From Amoebophrya sp. A120 (Eukaryota; Protista; Dinoflagellata): a DNA stretch of 64,000 nucleotides. The translations under genes and the position numbers were made by a program. This document shows positions 24,641-35,992 of this stretch, piece by piece. The stretch is taken from the NCBI GenBank assembly GCA_905178155.1, contig CAJINV010000001.1, forward strand, positions 6,481,860 through 6,545,859, given 5' to 3'. How positions within the stretch are numbered: the first letter of the stretch is position 1; every line of letters begins with the position of its first letter. A model generated the notes under the pieces. The model was not told where the DNA came from. It made no database searches and saw only the letters and a list, made by a program, of their open reading frames with translations.

Positions 24641-25910
24641 ATGACGGCTTTCGAATTGGAGGTATCGCACGCGTACGCATCTTGGTTGGAAACGCGAATC
24701 GGGCACTACCTCGATGAAAGAGAAAGAAAGGAAGCTGTTTTAATCGAAGCAGATAGGCTTCAGCTGGAAAAAAAACCGGCACAAAGCAGCGAAATCCTCA
24801 CGCGCATAACGAAACGGAAGCACATGACGCAGCAGATCCGCAGCCTCTTGACGCAACACACCCAGTGCCTGAAATTTGCCAAGCTCGGAAAGTTGTGCGA
24901 TGAGGACGCGCTCACAGTCGGCGAGGACGACGCGTATACATGGACCTGCGGGAGATTAAAAGACGAAAACGCACCAAGATCATCCGCGAAAGACATTTAC
25001 GCTGCGTTGCCCAAGATTGTTGGTCGCGAAAGATGGGAGCGACAAGCGCTTCCAGTCGACGACCCCGATTTTGAAGAGGACCGCGTGGAGAGTCGCCTCC
25101 ATCGTGTCGACCCGCCCCGCCGCTGCGATTTAGAAGAGTACTGGCGGGACCAATTGGATGCCATGGAGCCCTTGCGTCGCAGTTTGACGCAGGACCAACT
25201 CCGTTCCTGGATGGGCGTCATCCGCCGGAAACTTTACAGCGAGGACGCCCGGGAGAAAGGCGAAGGCTTCGCCCTCTTTCTGCCGGTGGAGCTGTTTCAG
25301 CACGTGAGTGCTTTCCTGGAACCATTTGGCCTCGTGCTCCTCTCTGCGACGTACTACGCGCGGACTGCGTTGCATCGGCGGTTCCGGGACGTTGAGAAGA
25401 CCCTGGACGCGGCCTGGCGTAACTACTTGGGCGAATTTATGGACAACCACGGGCCGGGAAGCGAGAGTGCCTCACAGTTACTTATTCCCTGCCACGACAG
25501 CCAACAAAGTCAGTGGCTCCATTGGATGGAAACGCGTCGGCGTGAATAAAAACAGAATCAAGCTGGACATCAAGTTTTCTGGCGCTTCGTTCATCACGAT
25601 CGGTGCCCAGCACTGGCCGTCTAAACTCGAGGAGGAGATAGTCGCCAGCCGGGACTGGACTTTAATCCGCAACCGAGAGGCGAGAAACGCGGAGAAGCAA
25701 TCAGTTCGATTGTCCGCAAAAGCCGCGAGATTCGACAACGTTTTGCTCGTTGTGCAAGAATTTTTTGAGCAGAAGGGGTTCACCTTTTCCTACGGAAAGC
25801 TCCTTGCGAAAAGCGACCGAAAAACCTTCTGGATTTCCTGGGGTGAGGGGCATCAGTCTTCATCGTCAGAGGAAGATGATGACGAAGAGGATGATCAGGA
25901 TAGTGCGTAG
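24641..25910 (+). pseudogene. Unknown tandem family, copy 5, with a +1 frameshift near 25445-25495 (pseudogene, assembly error or cryptic micro-intron)
   Basis: The N-terminal blocks lie in ORF 24641..25549. The C-terminal blocks (ANKVSG, GAQHWP, EFFEQKGF, ISWG) lie in the other frame, ORF 25308..25910. Closest to copy 4. Confidence 0.7.
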
Positions 25911-26453
25911 AATCCCTTCACGTTCTTCAACTTCGAGCACAGATCGAAATCCACCTGATCTTGTGCTTGATCATAACAGGCACACAGCGAAAAAAAGGGA
26001 AACAAACTAGAACTTCATATCCAGCACGTGCAGTTCTTTTATCTTCGCTCCGATGTATAACTATCTCGCATCGTTCAAGATGCAGGTGGAGCTTCAGGAA
26101 GCGAAACGACTACGCACCTCAAGCGACACAACTTTTTTGATTTTCCTGATGGCCCAGCACGTGTTCGACTTTAATATTGCCTTATTTTTTACGTAGAGTG
26201 ATACTGATATGTGATAACCGGCTACGGTGAGAACGTGAACAGCTGCTCGACAGAACTACTACAACCCCAAGGATTGATGGCTCTGCATTTTTCAGTTGAG
26301 CGGTGTGAGAATGGTACGAAGGCTGGGCGGCCCGCGTTGATGGAGAGGTCAGAAAGCCGCATCAAGAAACTGAAAAGAAACAAAAAGAGTATCTTCCTAT
26401 ATATTTGCAAAGATAGTACATTTACATAATCATAACTTGTTCGGAAGATCAAA

Positions 26454-27695
26454 ATGCCCTTCCCGGTGTTGGAAGTTTCTGAGGCGTATGCGTCTTGGAT
26501 CGAGAGTAGGGTAAAGCAGTTTCTGGATGACATGGCAAGGAAGCACGAAGTCCTTGACGCCGCAGACCGTCGTATTGCGGAACAGGAGCCGAAAAAGGCT
26601 GCGGAAACACTGGCCCGAATCACCAAGCGCGCAGCCCTGTTAGACTCACTCCGGGGTGATTTACGCGAACACTTAGAGTGCAAAACAAGCGCAAAACTCG
26701 GGAAGCTGTGTGACGTAGACTGGTTGGACGCTGATTCAGCAGACGATCATGAGGCATTCGTCTGGATTCCGCCTTCGCAAGAACAAGACGACACGTCATC
26801 CTCTCAGCAACAGCATGCCCTCGAGTTCTGGCAAGCGGAGTCCGTTGAAATTGATGAGGATGACGATGAGGACGACGACGCAGAACAGGAATTAGTGTTT
26901 AACAACAACACAATCCCCTCCTTCGAAAAGGTGCGTGCATTTGAGAGCACCCTGAGACAAAGCGTCGCCCAGGACCAAGTGCGGATGTGGATGGCAGCGC
27001 TGATTCGTAGACAGAGAAACCACATCAATGAAGCAGAAGCACCAGCGCAGCAGAGCATTAATCTTCCACCAGAACTTTTTCGACACATTTCGTCGTTTCT
27101 CGACCCGTTTTCGCCCGTCTTCAAGTGTGCGAACTTCTACTCTGCGCTCGCTCTCAGGAGGCGTTTTCGTGATACGGAGCTGATTCTGGAAGCTGCTTAT
27201 CGCTCTCTGTTAGACAAGGCTTCAGCTTCCGGAGCTTCAGAGAACTACCAGGTAGTCACAACCGCAAAAGGAAGGGTGAGATGCACCGTCGAATATGAGG
27301 AAAACAGCGACGAGGAGGACGAGGGCGAATCCGAATGCTTCGTCTCATTCAACGTAGGAATAGTTTTCGACGACGACAGCGAGGAAAACTTTACAAGAGA
27401 GGGATACAGTCTTCCCTGGCCGACGCGGTCAGAGGAGCAGATCACATCTAGTCCAGCCTGGGAGCGGCAGCGTATCATTGAAAATCGAGATGCGACGCTG
27501 CCAATCCGTCTGCCGGGGGAAGTGGCACGGTACGATAGTGTGATGAGTGTGGTGCGGGAGTTTTTTGAAAGGAAAGGCTTTCAGTTTTCTACCTCGGAAG
27601 AGCCGATCGAGCCGGACGCAGACGACTGTTACCCGTTTGAGATCTCGTGGGGAGAATCAGGAACAGCACCTGACACAACATCAGCAACGGAGTGA
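26454..27695 (+). CDS. Unknown tandem family, copy 6
   Basis: Same conserved blocks (LPPELFRHISSFLDPF, EFFERKGF, FEISWG), with acidic inserts. Confidence 0.85.
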   Translation: MPFPVLEVSEAYASWIESRVKQFLDDMARKHEVLDAADRRIAEQEPKKAAETLARITKRAALLDSLRGDLREHLECKTSAKLGKLCDVDWLDADSADDHEAFVWIPPSQEQDDTSSSQQQHALEFWQAESVEIDEDDDEDDDAEQELVFNNNTIPSFEKVRAFESTLRQSVAQDQVRMWMAALIRRQRNHINEAEAPAQQSINLPPELFRHISSFLDPFSPVFKCANFYSALALRRRFRDTELILEAAYRSLLDKASASGASENYQVVTTAKGRVRCTVEYEENSDEEDEGESECFVSFNVGIVFDDDSEENFTREGYSLPWPTRSEEQITSSPAWERQRIIENRDATLPIRLPGEVARYDSVMSVVREFFERKGFQFSTSEEPIEPDADDCYPFEISWGESGTAPDTTSATE

Positions 27696-28394
27696 GAGTG
27701 GCTTCGGCGCATGGCGGAATTTCTTCGACATCTGGGCGAGAACTAAGATCATCACAATTTCAATTTATTTTGGTATCAGGACGAGTCAAGGAGAATGAAA
27801 AACATCCAGAATGATACGGCTCAACATTTACATTTTCTTCATTCTACCACATCATCTGATGAAACTCAAACAAAGACAGTGCTTTGTGTTGAAGTTGATC
27901 GTGACCATGTTACGAAAGTAGATGAACATGAAGATCAAAGTGTTCTTCGACTTCAAACCTCATGTGAAACGATCATCAAGAGAGGACGAGGAGGTGGACG
28001 TGGAGGACATCATGATATAATGAGAGTGTCGCATTTACCGACAGCGTCGTGAATCTCCATGCATTGAAGAGATGTTGGACAACTACATGAGTAAGATTTC
28101 GTTCTGCCACTATTGCAAGAGTCGCTACTTCGTATATGTTACACTTCAGTCTCGTCTTTGTTTTTCGTTTTTTCGTTGTCGTGGGTTGTCGCCGTAGTAC
28201 TAACTTGGAATGTGGATGAAGAATTTCCCACATCGCAGACAACAGTGTCAAGCACAAGGAGCGATCCGAGGATTTTCGTTTCTGTTTTGGAGTTTGACCA
28301 CGAACCAGTCGCGGGAAATCTTGAGCCCCGCTCAACAAAGGCAAAAGAAATAGGTACAAGTGGTTGCAGCGTCGTCCTTGTGGTCGGGACGACG

Positions 28395-28757
28395 TAGGGA
28401 TGGAAAATGTAGAAAAGTTTCATACCTATAAAGTACTAGCTAGCACGGCCGGGCACTGTCATGAGCACGATTTCGGTCATTCTTCGCAATTTGTGGCGTC
28501 CCCACTAGCACTGTCGGACCGTGCTAGAAAAGCAGCCAGCCGCGTGCTAGTAGTGCCTATTTTTTGGATATATATTCACTTTTTCGCCCACATAGGCACT
28601 ACTAGCACGCGGCTGGCTGCTTTTCTAGCACGGTCCGACCGTGCTAGTGGGGACGCCCAAAAATGCCAAGAATGATCGCCATGGTGCTCATAACAGTGCC
28701 CGACCGTGCTAGCTAGTACTTTATAGGTATGAAACATTTTGCAGTTTTCCATCCATA
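28395..28757. mobile_element. hAT-superfamily MITE, 363 bp, almost entirely palindromic
   Basis: Ends TAGGGATGGAAAA / TTTTCCATCCATA, resembling the Ac/Ds TIR (C/T)AGGGATGAAA. 8-bp TSD GGACGACG at 28387-28394 and 28758-28765. The arms pair for about 165 bp around a central loop near 28561-28592. Confidence 0.9.
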
Positions 28758-28833
28758 GGACGACGCCTTCTAGTCAGACTCTTCAGTATCTGCACGTCAA
28801 CTAAAAAAGACCACAAGACACTAACCTCCCAAG

Positions 28834-31070
28834 ATGAACTCCCGACCTGGCGTATCTGCCTGGGATTCGCTCGATGACATCGAGCACAAGCTCGAGACGC
28901 TAGACGAGCACCAATTAGGGCACAGCACGCGACGGTTGGTAAGAATACCCCAGCAGTCGGTATGGGAGCAGCGACGAACCAAGGGCATGCAGCTCCGCGT
29001 GCAAATGACGCAGGGCGCGCGAACCATGGGGGTTGCCAGGCTCAAAGACAAAAGCAGTGCGTCATGCGTACAACTTCAACTTGTTGCTCTCTTTATCGTA
29101 TATTGACTAAGGTACTTTGTTTGATCTAGCTTATACTTCCTTGCACGGCCGCTTAATCAACACTGCTACGTAAAAGTCGTAAAAACTCATTAGGAAGAGC
29201 TAGACGTAGACTTTTTGAAAGCGTATATGAAGTGGAAGTTGTAGCACTAGCATTCCCATCCCCCAACAGGTCCTCGAAAACACGCAAACTGCGGATGAGA
29301 TTCTAGGGAATCAGATTCGCAAGCCCCGGCAACCACCAATAATAGCCAAAGTCACCAACCACTGCGTGGAGTTACGGGCGAAGACGGCAGAACTGAAAAA
29401 AGCCATCTACAAGCGAAAACGACAGCTGGATAGCCAGGAATACATCGAGAAATACCTGCAAAGACACCCGGGGAAACCACCACCACCAGAGATGTACGAC
29501 AAGAACATCATGCCGAAAGTCACAAAGTACTTCTTTTTCTTTCGTATTGCTAAATTTTCGATTCAGTTTCAGCCTTGAAATAGCGGCATGAGCCCACAGC
29601 CACAAATGTATCTATCGAATTTCAAACCACGACGGCGCTTCATGCTGCCGCTGCGAACATGACCAGCATAAAGTAAGTTTCTCACATCAGGACCTCGGCG
29701 ATGCTTGCAGGGTTGAACTTTCGTGACTTGGCAGTACCGCTTGCAACACTAAAGTGGGCCGTCCCGCCAGAAAGAATGGACATTCCAAGCAGGGAGCCAT
29801 ACACGAGGGTGAGATACATACATACGATTTGATTGATTCCTGCTTGCCTGCGCTTTGAGCTGCGGCCTTTTGGATGTATGATTATCTCAGCCACTGAACT
29901 TCTGACTATGCACTCAGTAAGTATGAGCTTCTGACTATGCACTCAGTATGATTATCTCAGCCACTCAGTATGAGCTTCTGACGATGCACCGTTAATTCGT
30001 CTTCATTTCAGGTCTCAATGAAAGCAGACTCGAAATTTGGTAACCTGTTGATGATGGGGGTCGGTCAGCGTTTCAAGTATCCGGCCACCTTTACCGGGTC
30101 ACCGATTGGGCCAAATTTGGATCCCCCAGATCTGCTCGACCACCAGGCTTTCAAGCACTACTTTATCGTGCCCAAGAGAAAACAGAAAGCACAGCTCAGT
30201 ACTTACTTTGACGAAATACTACTTGCGTTCTTTCTACTGTTTGACTGATTTTCAAAGTGAAACACATGAATAACCTGAACGATAAATACACGCGGGACAT
30301 TTCCTCATCGTCAAAGACCGCAACACAACGATGAAGCTGGTACTCTCGTCACACTAACTTTGCAAGTGCAACTTCACTGGTCGTAGATTGAATCCCAATC
30401 TTCTTTCAAAACAGCGAGCACTGGCGACAACTTGGGTCCGGGCAGTTACCAGTTGGACTCCGCATTTGCGAAGAAGGAGCTAAAGGACGACTTTGTGATG
30501 CGACTCAAGGACGCGCTGATGTGTCGCCCGGTCGAGCGAAGAGCGGGTACCATGGGTCGGCAGCCGAGGTTCACGAACCCGAACCAATACCAAGGCTGCC
30601 CAAGCGGTCCCAACTTCGATCCGCCAGGGTTGCTGGACAAGAAACCCTACAAGAAATATCGCATCACCGGCCGGCCAAAGAACGCAAAACCTCTGCTGAG
30701 TATGGAACTAGTTCCTGCTGTTTTAGTTTTAGTCTGTTGTTACCGTTATTCTTATTTTTACGGTTGCCTGTCATCGTAGCAGCGATCCAATGCTAGTAGC
30801 GTATTCGTATTCGTTTTACGGACTCGCAGTCGTGCGCTACTGTGGTGAAACTGGACAAAGAGTCCCTGTCCCTCTCAACTAAGGAAGAAATAGAAATGGA
30901 GCAAAATAAGTAATTCGAACCGCACAACAGCTGGCACAACCGAGGACGTGGGTCCAGGGAAATACGAGCTGCCGCCGGTGTTTGGTGTCATCTACCGACC
31001 ACGCAGCGCGAAGAGCTCGCCAAATTCACCCCGCAGCCCACCCCGGACGAGGCCGTCCAGTGCGCACTAG
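28834..31070 (+). CDS. SHIPPO/ODF3-like (sperm-tail PG-rich repeat) flagellar protein; exons 28834-29067, 29270-29526, 29691-29808, 30012-30198, 30415-30699, 30931-31070
   Basis: Five phase-compatible GT-AG introns. Repeated motifs NLGPGSY, DVGPGKY, GPNLDPP/GPNFDPP and QRF/QPRF. Confidence 0.7.
29876..29989. repeat. Mosaic short tandem repeat inside an intron
   Basis: Interleaved units gtatgattatctcagccact (x2) and cttctgac(t/g)atgcac (x3). Confidence 0.75.
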
Positions 31071-32105
31071 GCAGTATCCTGTTCTTTTTCTTCGGAATGG
31101 TGCGAGTATGGGTCGTTCAAAACGTTAATGTAATTAGCAGAAACGTGGTAAATCTGTTTCTGACGTAATATGAGTTTGGTTTTCCTTCGATCACAGTAAT
31201 GTCATTGTCAAAACGGGTCTTCCGGATCCATAGACTGCTATCGTTTTACCTTAAGATTGACGCAAAGTTTGTTATTGTTTCAAAAGTTCAGATGGACGTG
31301 GCCACCGCTACGAGCTGCAAGGAATCTCGAAAGCTCACAAGTTCAGTTGTACTTGGAGCATAAGAGGTCACTAAAAAGTAGCGGTAGCTCCACCGTCAAG
31401 ATCTGCAACGAACAAAAACCTGATGTAATAAATGCGATTGACGAATGTTTTCGTTTCGAATTCGGCCAGAACTGCAGAACTTTTTCTTGCTAAAAACTGT
31501 ATAAAAAGCTGTAGTGGCTGTGCGTTGGACCAAACTTTTGCTGGTGACCGCTTGTACAATACGAAGGCAAGAAACGAACTTGTACTCCTTTAGATGGAAA
31601 GAAACGTCGAAAACACGTATCAATCAAGACGGAGACTGATTTATGAGCCAGAACGCTTAGCAGTAGCGAAGATGAACGAACTAGAGCAGCTTGGGCGATG
31701 ATGTTCGCAACCGCGTGCTGGTGCTTGCGTTGTTGTGAAAAGAAACAGACGAGAGGAGTGGGGAAAGATTTGTGCGGAATAACTTTCAATGTCTCCTGTT
31801 GGGAGCGAAGTATATCAGACGAGAGAGGGCGCAGATGAAGAGACGCTAACTTCTGGAGTAACCGTGCGGCAGAGGCGGTTTATCTTTGCGTTGTAGTTTC
31901 ACCGAATCTGGCAAACTCACCGAGATTGATGTCTTGATCTTTCCGGTGCTACGGGCTCGGAACGGGAACCATGTCCACGCTACTCGGCGGGGCGCTTGTT
32001 GCTCCGGTCTCCACACATGAATTGTGAGTGAAAAGCAACTGTTGTCAGGACGTAGCAGCCGTCGTGTCGTGCCCGTTGCGGCACGGCTACGACGGGAGCA
32101 GCGGC

Positions 32106-33212
32106 ATGCGGGGATTAGCGAGAGGCGGTAGTTCCTCCTCCTGGTTCGCCCCGTCGTGGGTGCGAGTTGTCTTTTCTGCGGGGATTTTCCTTGAAAAACC
32201 TACCTACTCCGGAGCCGTGTTGCAGTTGGATTCAAGGAGCAAAAGTGAACCGAGTGCGACCCCGAGCACCACACCGCTGAAACTTCTCGCGAAAATAAAG
32301 GCTTCACCTCCAGCGGCAATTGTGCCACCTGTAACGGATGTGGATGCCACTGCGTCAGTAGAAGTGTCCGGCGGAAAAGAGATCCACGCGGCGGCCGCTG
32401 ATCGTGAAGATCTCCATGATGAAGTAGGACAGGATACAGATGCAATAGCAGTTGCAGACGACTCGAGTGCAGCTGGCGCCACTGCACCAGGGAAAAATGC
32501 GAGAACTGTTATCACCAAGGAAGACCTAGCTTCTACCCCTGGTGAGACCAACGCCCTCGTCGCGGTTGCTGACGCAGGCGAAACCAGTTCCCGTGACACG
32601 ACGAAGCAGCTCTGGCCCCCGTGGAAGCGGAAAAACTGTCCGCAGCCGAAGTGTCCCCAGCCGAAATGTCCCCAGCCGCGCTGCCCGAAGCCGCACTGCC
32701 CGCATTGCCCAAAGCCTTTGTGTCCGAAACCGGTGTGCCCGGTGCCGATCTACTGTCCGGAACCAAAGCGGCAGCTGCCGCCCCTGCCCCCGCAGCCCAA
32801 GAAGATTGACGGTACCAATGGGCACGTTACCGTCTGGGTGCCGAATTGTCCCGATGGCTGGACGCCGGTGACGGTTCCGAACGCGGCGAGACGGACGACG
32901 ACGGATACGATCTACTACCTGGTTCGGTATTTCCGCGACACGCCGAAGCCGCGCAAGGCCGTCGACCGGTTCTGCCGTGTGCGCTACGTGCCGCACAACC
33001 GCATGCGCTTGCGGTTCGGAAATCGAATTTTGCCGGACTTCCCGACGAACGTGCAGGGCCCGACGTTGCAGATGTACGGGGCCGGCGGCGTTGGGACCTT
33101 TGACGGCGTGGATGTGGCACAGAAAGCGACGTTTTTGCCGCAGTTGGAGCGTGTGACGAAGGGGAAAAACAGGGAAAGAAAATTCATCAAACTAGTGTGG
33201 TTCGGGGATTAG
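32106..33212 (+). CDS. Hypothetical, possibly secreted protein with CPxPx pentapeptide repeats
   Basis: ORF 32028..33212, ATG 32106. Moderately hydrophobic N-region, A/D/T-rich spacer, CPQPKCPQPKCPQPRCPKPHCPHCPKPLCPKPVCPVP, then a GC3-rich globular C-terminal part. Confidence 0.7.
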   Translation: MRGLARGGSSSSWFAPSWVRVVFSAGIFLEKPTYSGAVLQLDSRSKSEPSATPSTTPLKLLAKIKASPPAAIVPPVTDVDATASVEVSGGKEIHAAAADREDLHDEVGQDTDAIAVADDSSAAGATAPGKNARTVITKEDLASTPGETNALVAVADAGETSSRDTTKQLWPPWKRKNCPQPKCPQPKCPQPRCPKPHCPHCPKPLCPKPVCPVPIYCPEPKRQLPPLPPQPKKIDGTNGHVTVWVPNCPDGWTPVTVPNAARRTTTDTIYYLVRYFRDTPKPRKAVDRFCRVRYVPHNRMRLRFGNRILPDFPTNVQGPTLQMYGAGGVGTFDGVDVAQKATFLPQLERVTKGKNRERKFIKLVWFGD

Positions 33213-34139
33213 GGTGTTTTGGTTTGTGTTGTTCGTCCGTCGACATGCCTACATGATCTTGAGCTCGTGCGCTGATTTCAGCAATTTCTATTTCTTGCGC
33301 TAAACGCGCTTTACTTGGCATAACGGGCAAAACTTTTTTCTTTTCAGAAACGTCGAGTCAGTGTCTCCTTGTAGGTCGACCTGTTTATTGATTCTTTTTT
33401 CCAGCGGCAGCATGCAAAAGATGATCGGAAACTGTTTCACCGTTTACGTTGCTGTTTGAGTGCCTTCTCCAGGGATGTTCTTGTTCACACTTTTTACAGA
33501 ATCTTGACAGTAGCTCAATTGAACATCACAGAGCATTGACAGCAGCACCAGACAGCATGTGGACAGATGAAGTCAGGCAACAGATTGTGCTACGCCACCG
33601 TAAATCAAGCAAAGGTGGACCTGCGATGGGCTGAAAAATTACATGCGATGAAACGCAATAAATTCAAACACGCGACACACTTCTCACCTACACCTTGACC
33701 TTTTCAGCAGTCAAATTTTCGATTCAAAAATCAGAGTTGATGTTCGTGTTACGATCTGCATCCGTGTGGCCCGAAAGGTCATAATGTTTCGGTCAGTGGT
33801 CACCAGCTCACATGACTCACTCTAATTGCAACATCAGGAACTCTTTTGTCAATCCATGCATGGTCCTCGTCGGTCCTCTCTCCTCTAGATCATATACCAT
33901 TTACTTTACTGATTTTCAGGCCATTGCTGGGACACATTCACAACTTCTTGCTCCTTCTGGTACATCCTTGCCATACCCCTTCAAGTAAACCTACCCGTAA
34001 AGGACTAGACATCACGATCACGACGCTGTCGTGCCTTCCACCAAACAAAGCAGGAGGCCACAATCTAAATCTATTCCATTGAAGAAAAACAGGGACCCTC
34101 TGCAGTTGACGGAATCTTCACAGCTGCGCCTTAGCAAAG

Positions 34140-35992
34140 ATGCCGCCTGCTGCCTCAATCTTTGAGACGGTGGAACTGGCTCCGCCAGATCCCATTTTGA
34201 ACACTGCCGCGATGTACAAGGCAGACACGCATCCGCAGAAGGTACTTGCTTTCAATCATGTTGATGTTATAAGTATGTTTTCGGTGGTCACGTTCGGTAC
34301 TAGTACTAGAGTCGAGCTTTTCTTACGTGGTGTCTGTCCCATTACAGCAGATGCAGTGTGCTTCTTCTTGTTTCATATTGAGGATTTCGATTTTCATTGT
34401 TTCGATTCCGCAAACAAACAGGTAAATCTCGGCATCGGTGCGTACCGCACGGAGGAGGGCGTGCCATGGGTGCTGCCTGTCGTCCGGAAAGCCGAAGGAG
34501 AGCTGCTCCAGGAGCTCGGAACGGAGAACGACAAGGAATACGCTCCGATTGATGGCCTTCCCGGGATGAAGAAGGCCACGCAAAACCTGATCTTCGGCAA
34601 GTCGGACCCGCGCATCGCCTCGACGCAGGCACTGTCGGGAACTGGGGCGTTGCGAATCGTTGGGGAATTTATGGCCAGGTTCCTTGGCTACAAGAAGGTC
34701 TACTACAGCGACCCAACCTGGGGGAACCACCCAACGATTTTCGAGAAATCCGGCATGGTAGTCGAAAAATACCCATATTGGAACGCCGAGAAAAAAAGCA
34801 TCCGGGTGAAGGAGTGGTATTGTTGAGTGGAGCTCTTCGTTGTTGACAACTCCCGTGCTGCTTTGAGCGTGCATGCTTGAAAATGAAACACGGAGAAGAT
34901 TTTCCACACAGTGTACTTATGCGCTTCGATGATGATCATGATTCTGATTCAGAGCGTGTCATCAATGATGATCACAAATATTTCAGGATCGCACACATCA
35001 ACGCGGCAGAGCCCGGCGCACTCTACATCATCCACCCCTGTGCACACAATCCCACGGGGATGGACCCATCATTGGACGAGTGGAAGCAGATCATGGAGGC
35101 GCTGATAGCAAAGAAATGCGTCTCCATCCTGGATTCCGCATATCAGGGCTACGCGACCGGGAGTTTGGAAACAGACAGAAAGGTAAATAGAGATAGACAC
35201 CTTAGCCTTCATGCGCAGGTGCCATTCGGTTCTTGTTGAAGCAACGTTCTGAGTAGAGAGCTACATGCGGACTCGTCCAAACCATATTTCAAATCACCAC
35301 CAGGTCATTGAGATGTTTCTGAACCACCCGGCCAACCTCGAGTTTTTCGTTTGCCAGAGCTTTGCCAAGAACCTTGGTCTTTACGGCGAGCGCATTGGCA
35401 TGGTACACGCGGTCTGTTCGAGCGAGGAGCGAGCGAACGCTGTGCTGAGTCAGATGAAGATGGTCATTCGGCCGATGTACAGCTCGCCGCCCATTCACGG
35501 AGCCCAGATCGTCACGAAGATTTTGAGCTCCGAGGCCCTGTACAAGCAGTGGTGCGCAGAGCTGAAGCTGATGGCCGACAGGATTTTGGAAGTCAGAACA
35601 GGCTTAAGAAAAGGATTGGAGGAAAAAGGAACACCGGGAACGTGGAACCATATCACGGACCAAATTGGCATGTTCAGTTTCACAGGTATAATGTACCGAC
35701 AGCACCAGAACAAATTGAAATCTGCGTTTCGATACCGAAAAACCGACGACTGCGAATTGTTTGCATTGTGTACTAGTTTGTGACTGCAATGGAAATTGCA
35801 AATAGAACACATGAAGTTCAAAAAAAACAACTCTCCTCAGGTCTTAGTCCAGAAATGTGCGAGAAGTTGATTAAGGACCATCACATCTACCTGCTGAAGT
35901 CGGGCCGAATTTCCCTCGCGGGACTGAATCAGGCGAACCTGCAGTACGTCATCGACAGCATTGACCAGGTCGTCCGCTCGGAGTCGACGTAG
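34140..35992 (+). CDS. GOT1: Aspartate aminotransferase (class I PLP enzyme, cytosolic-type), 408 aa; exons 34140-34241, 34422-34816, 34987-35182, 35304-35685, 35841-35992
   Basis: APPDPIL, K|VNLGIGAYR, QALSGTGAL, PTWGNH, HPCAHNPTG, DSAYQG, QSFAKNLGLYGER (PLP lysine), QIGMFSFTG|L and GRISLAG. Four GT-AG introns. Confidence 0.96.

Noticed and set aside
28364-28675. 103-aa ORF across the palindrome
   Set aside because: It is an artefact of the fold-back MITE sequence.
29876-29989. Interleaved repeats considered as a CRISPR-like array
   Set aside because: There are no unique spacers of constant length and no cas genes. The repeats are intronic in a eukaryotic gene and are explained by slippage.
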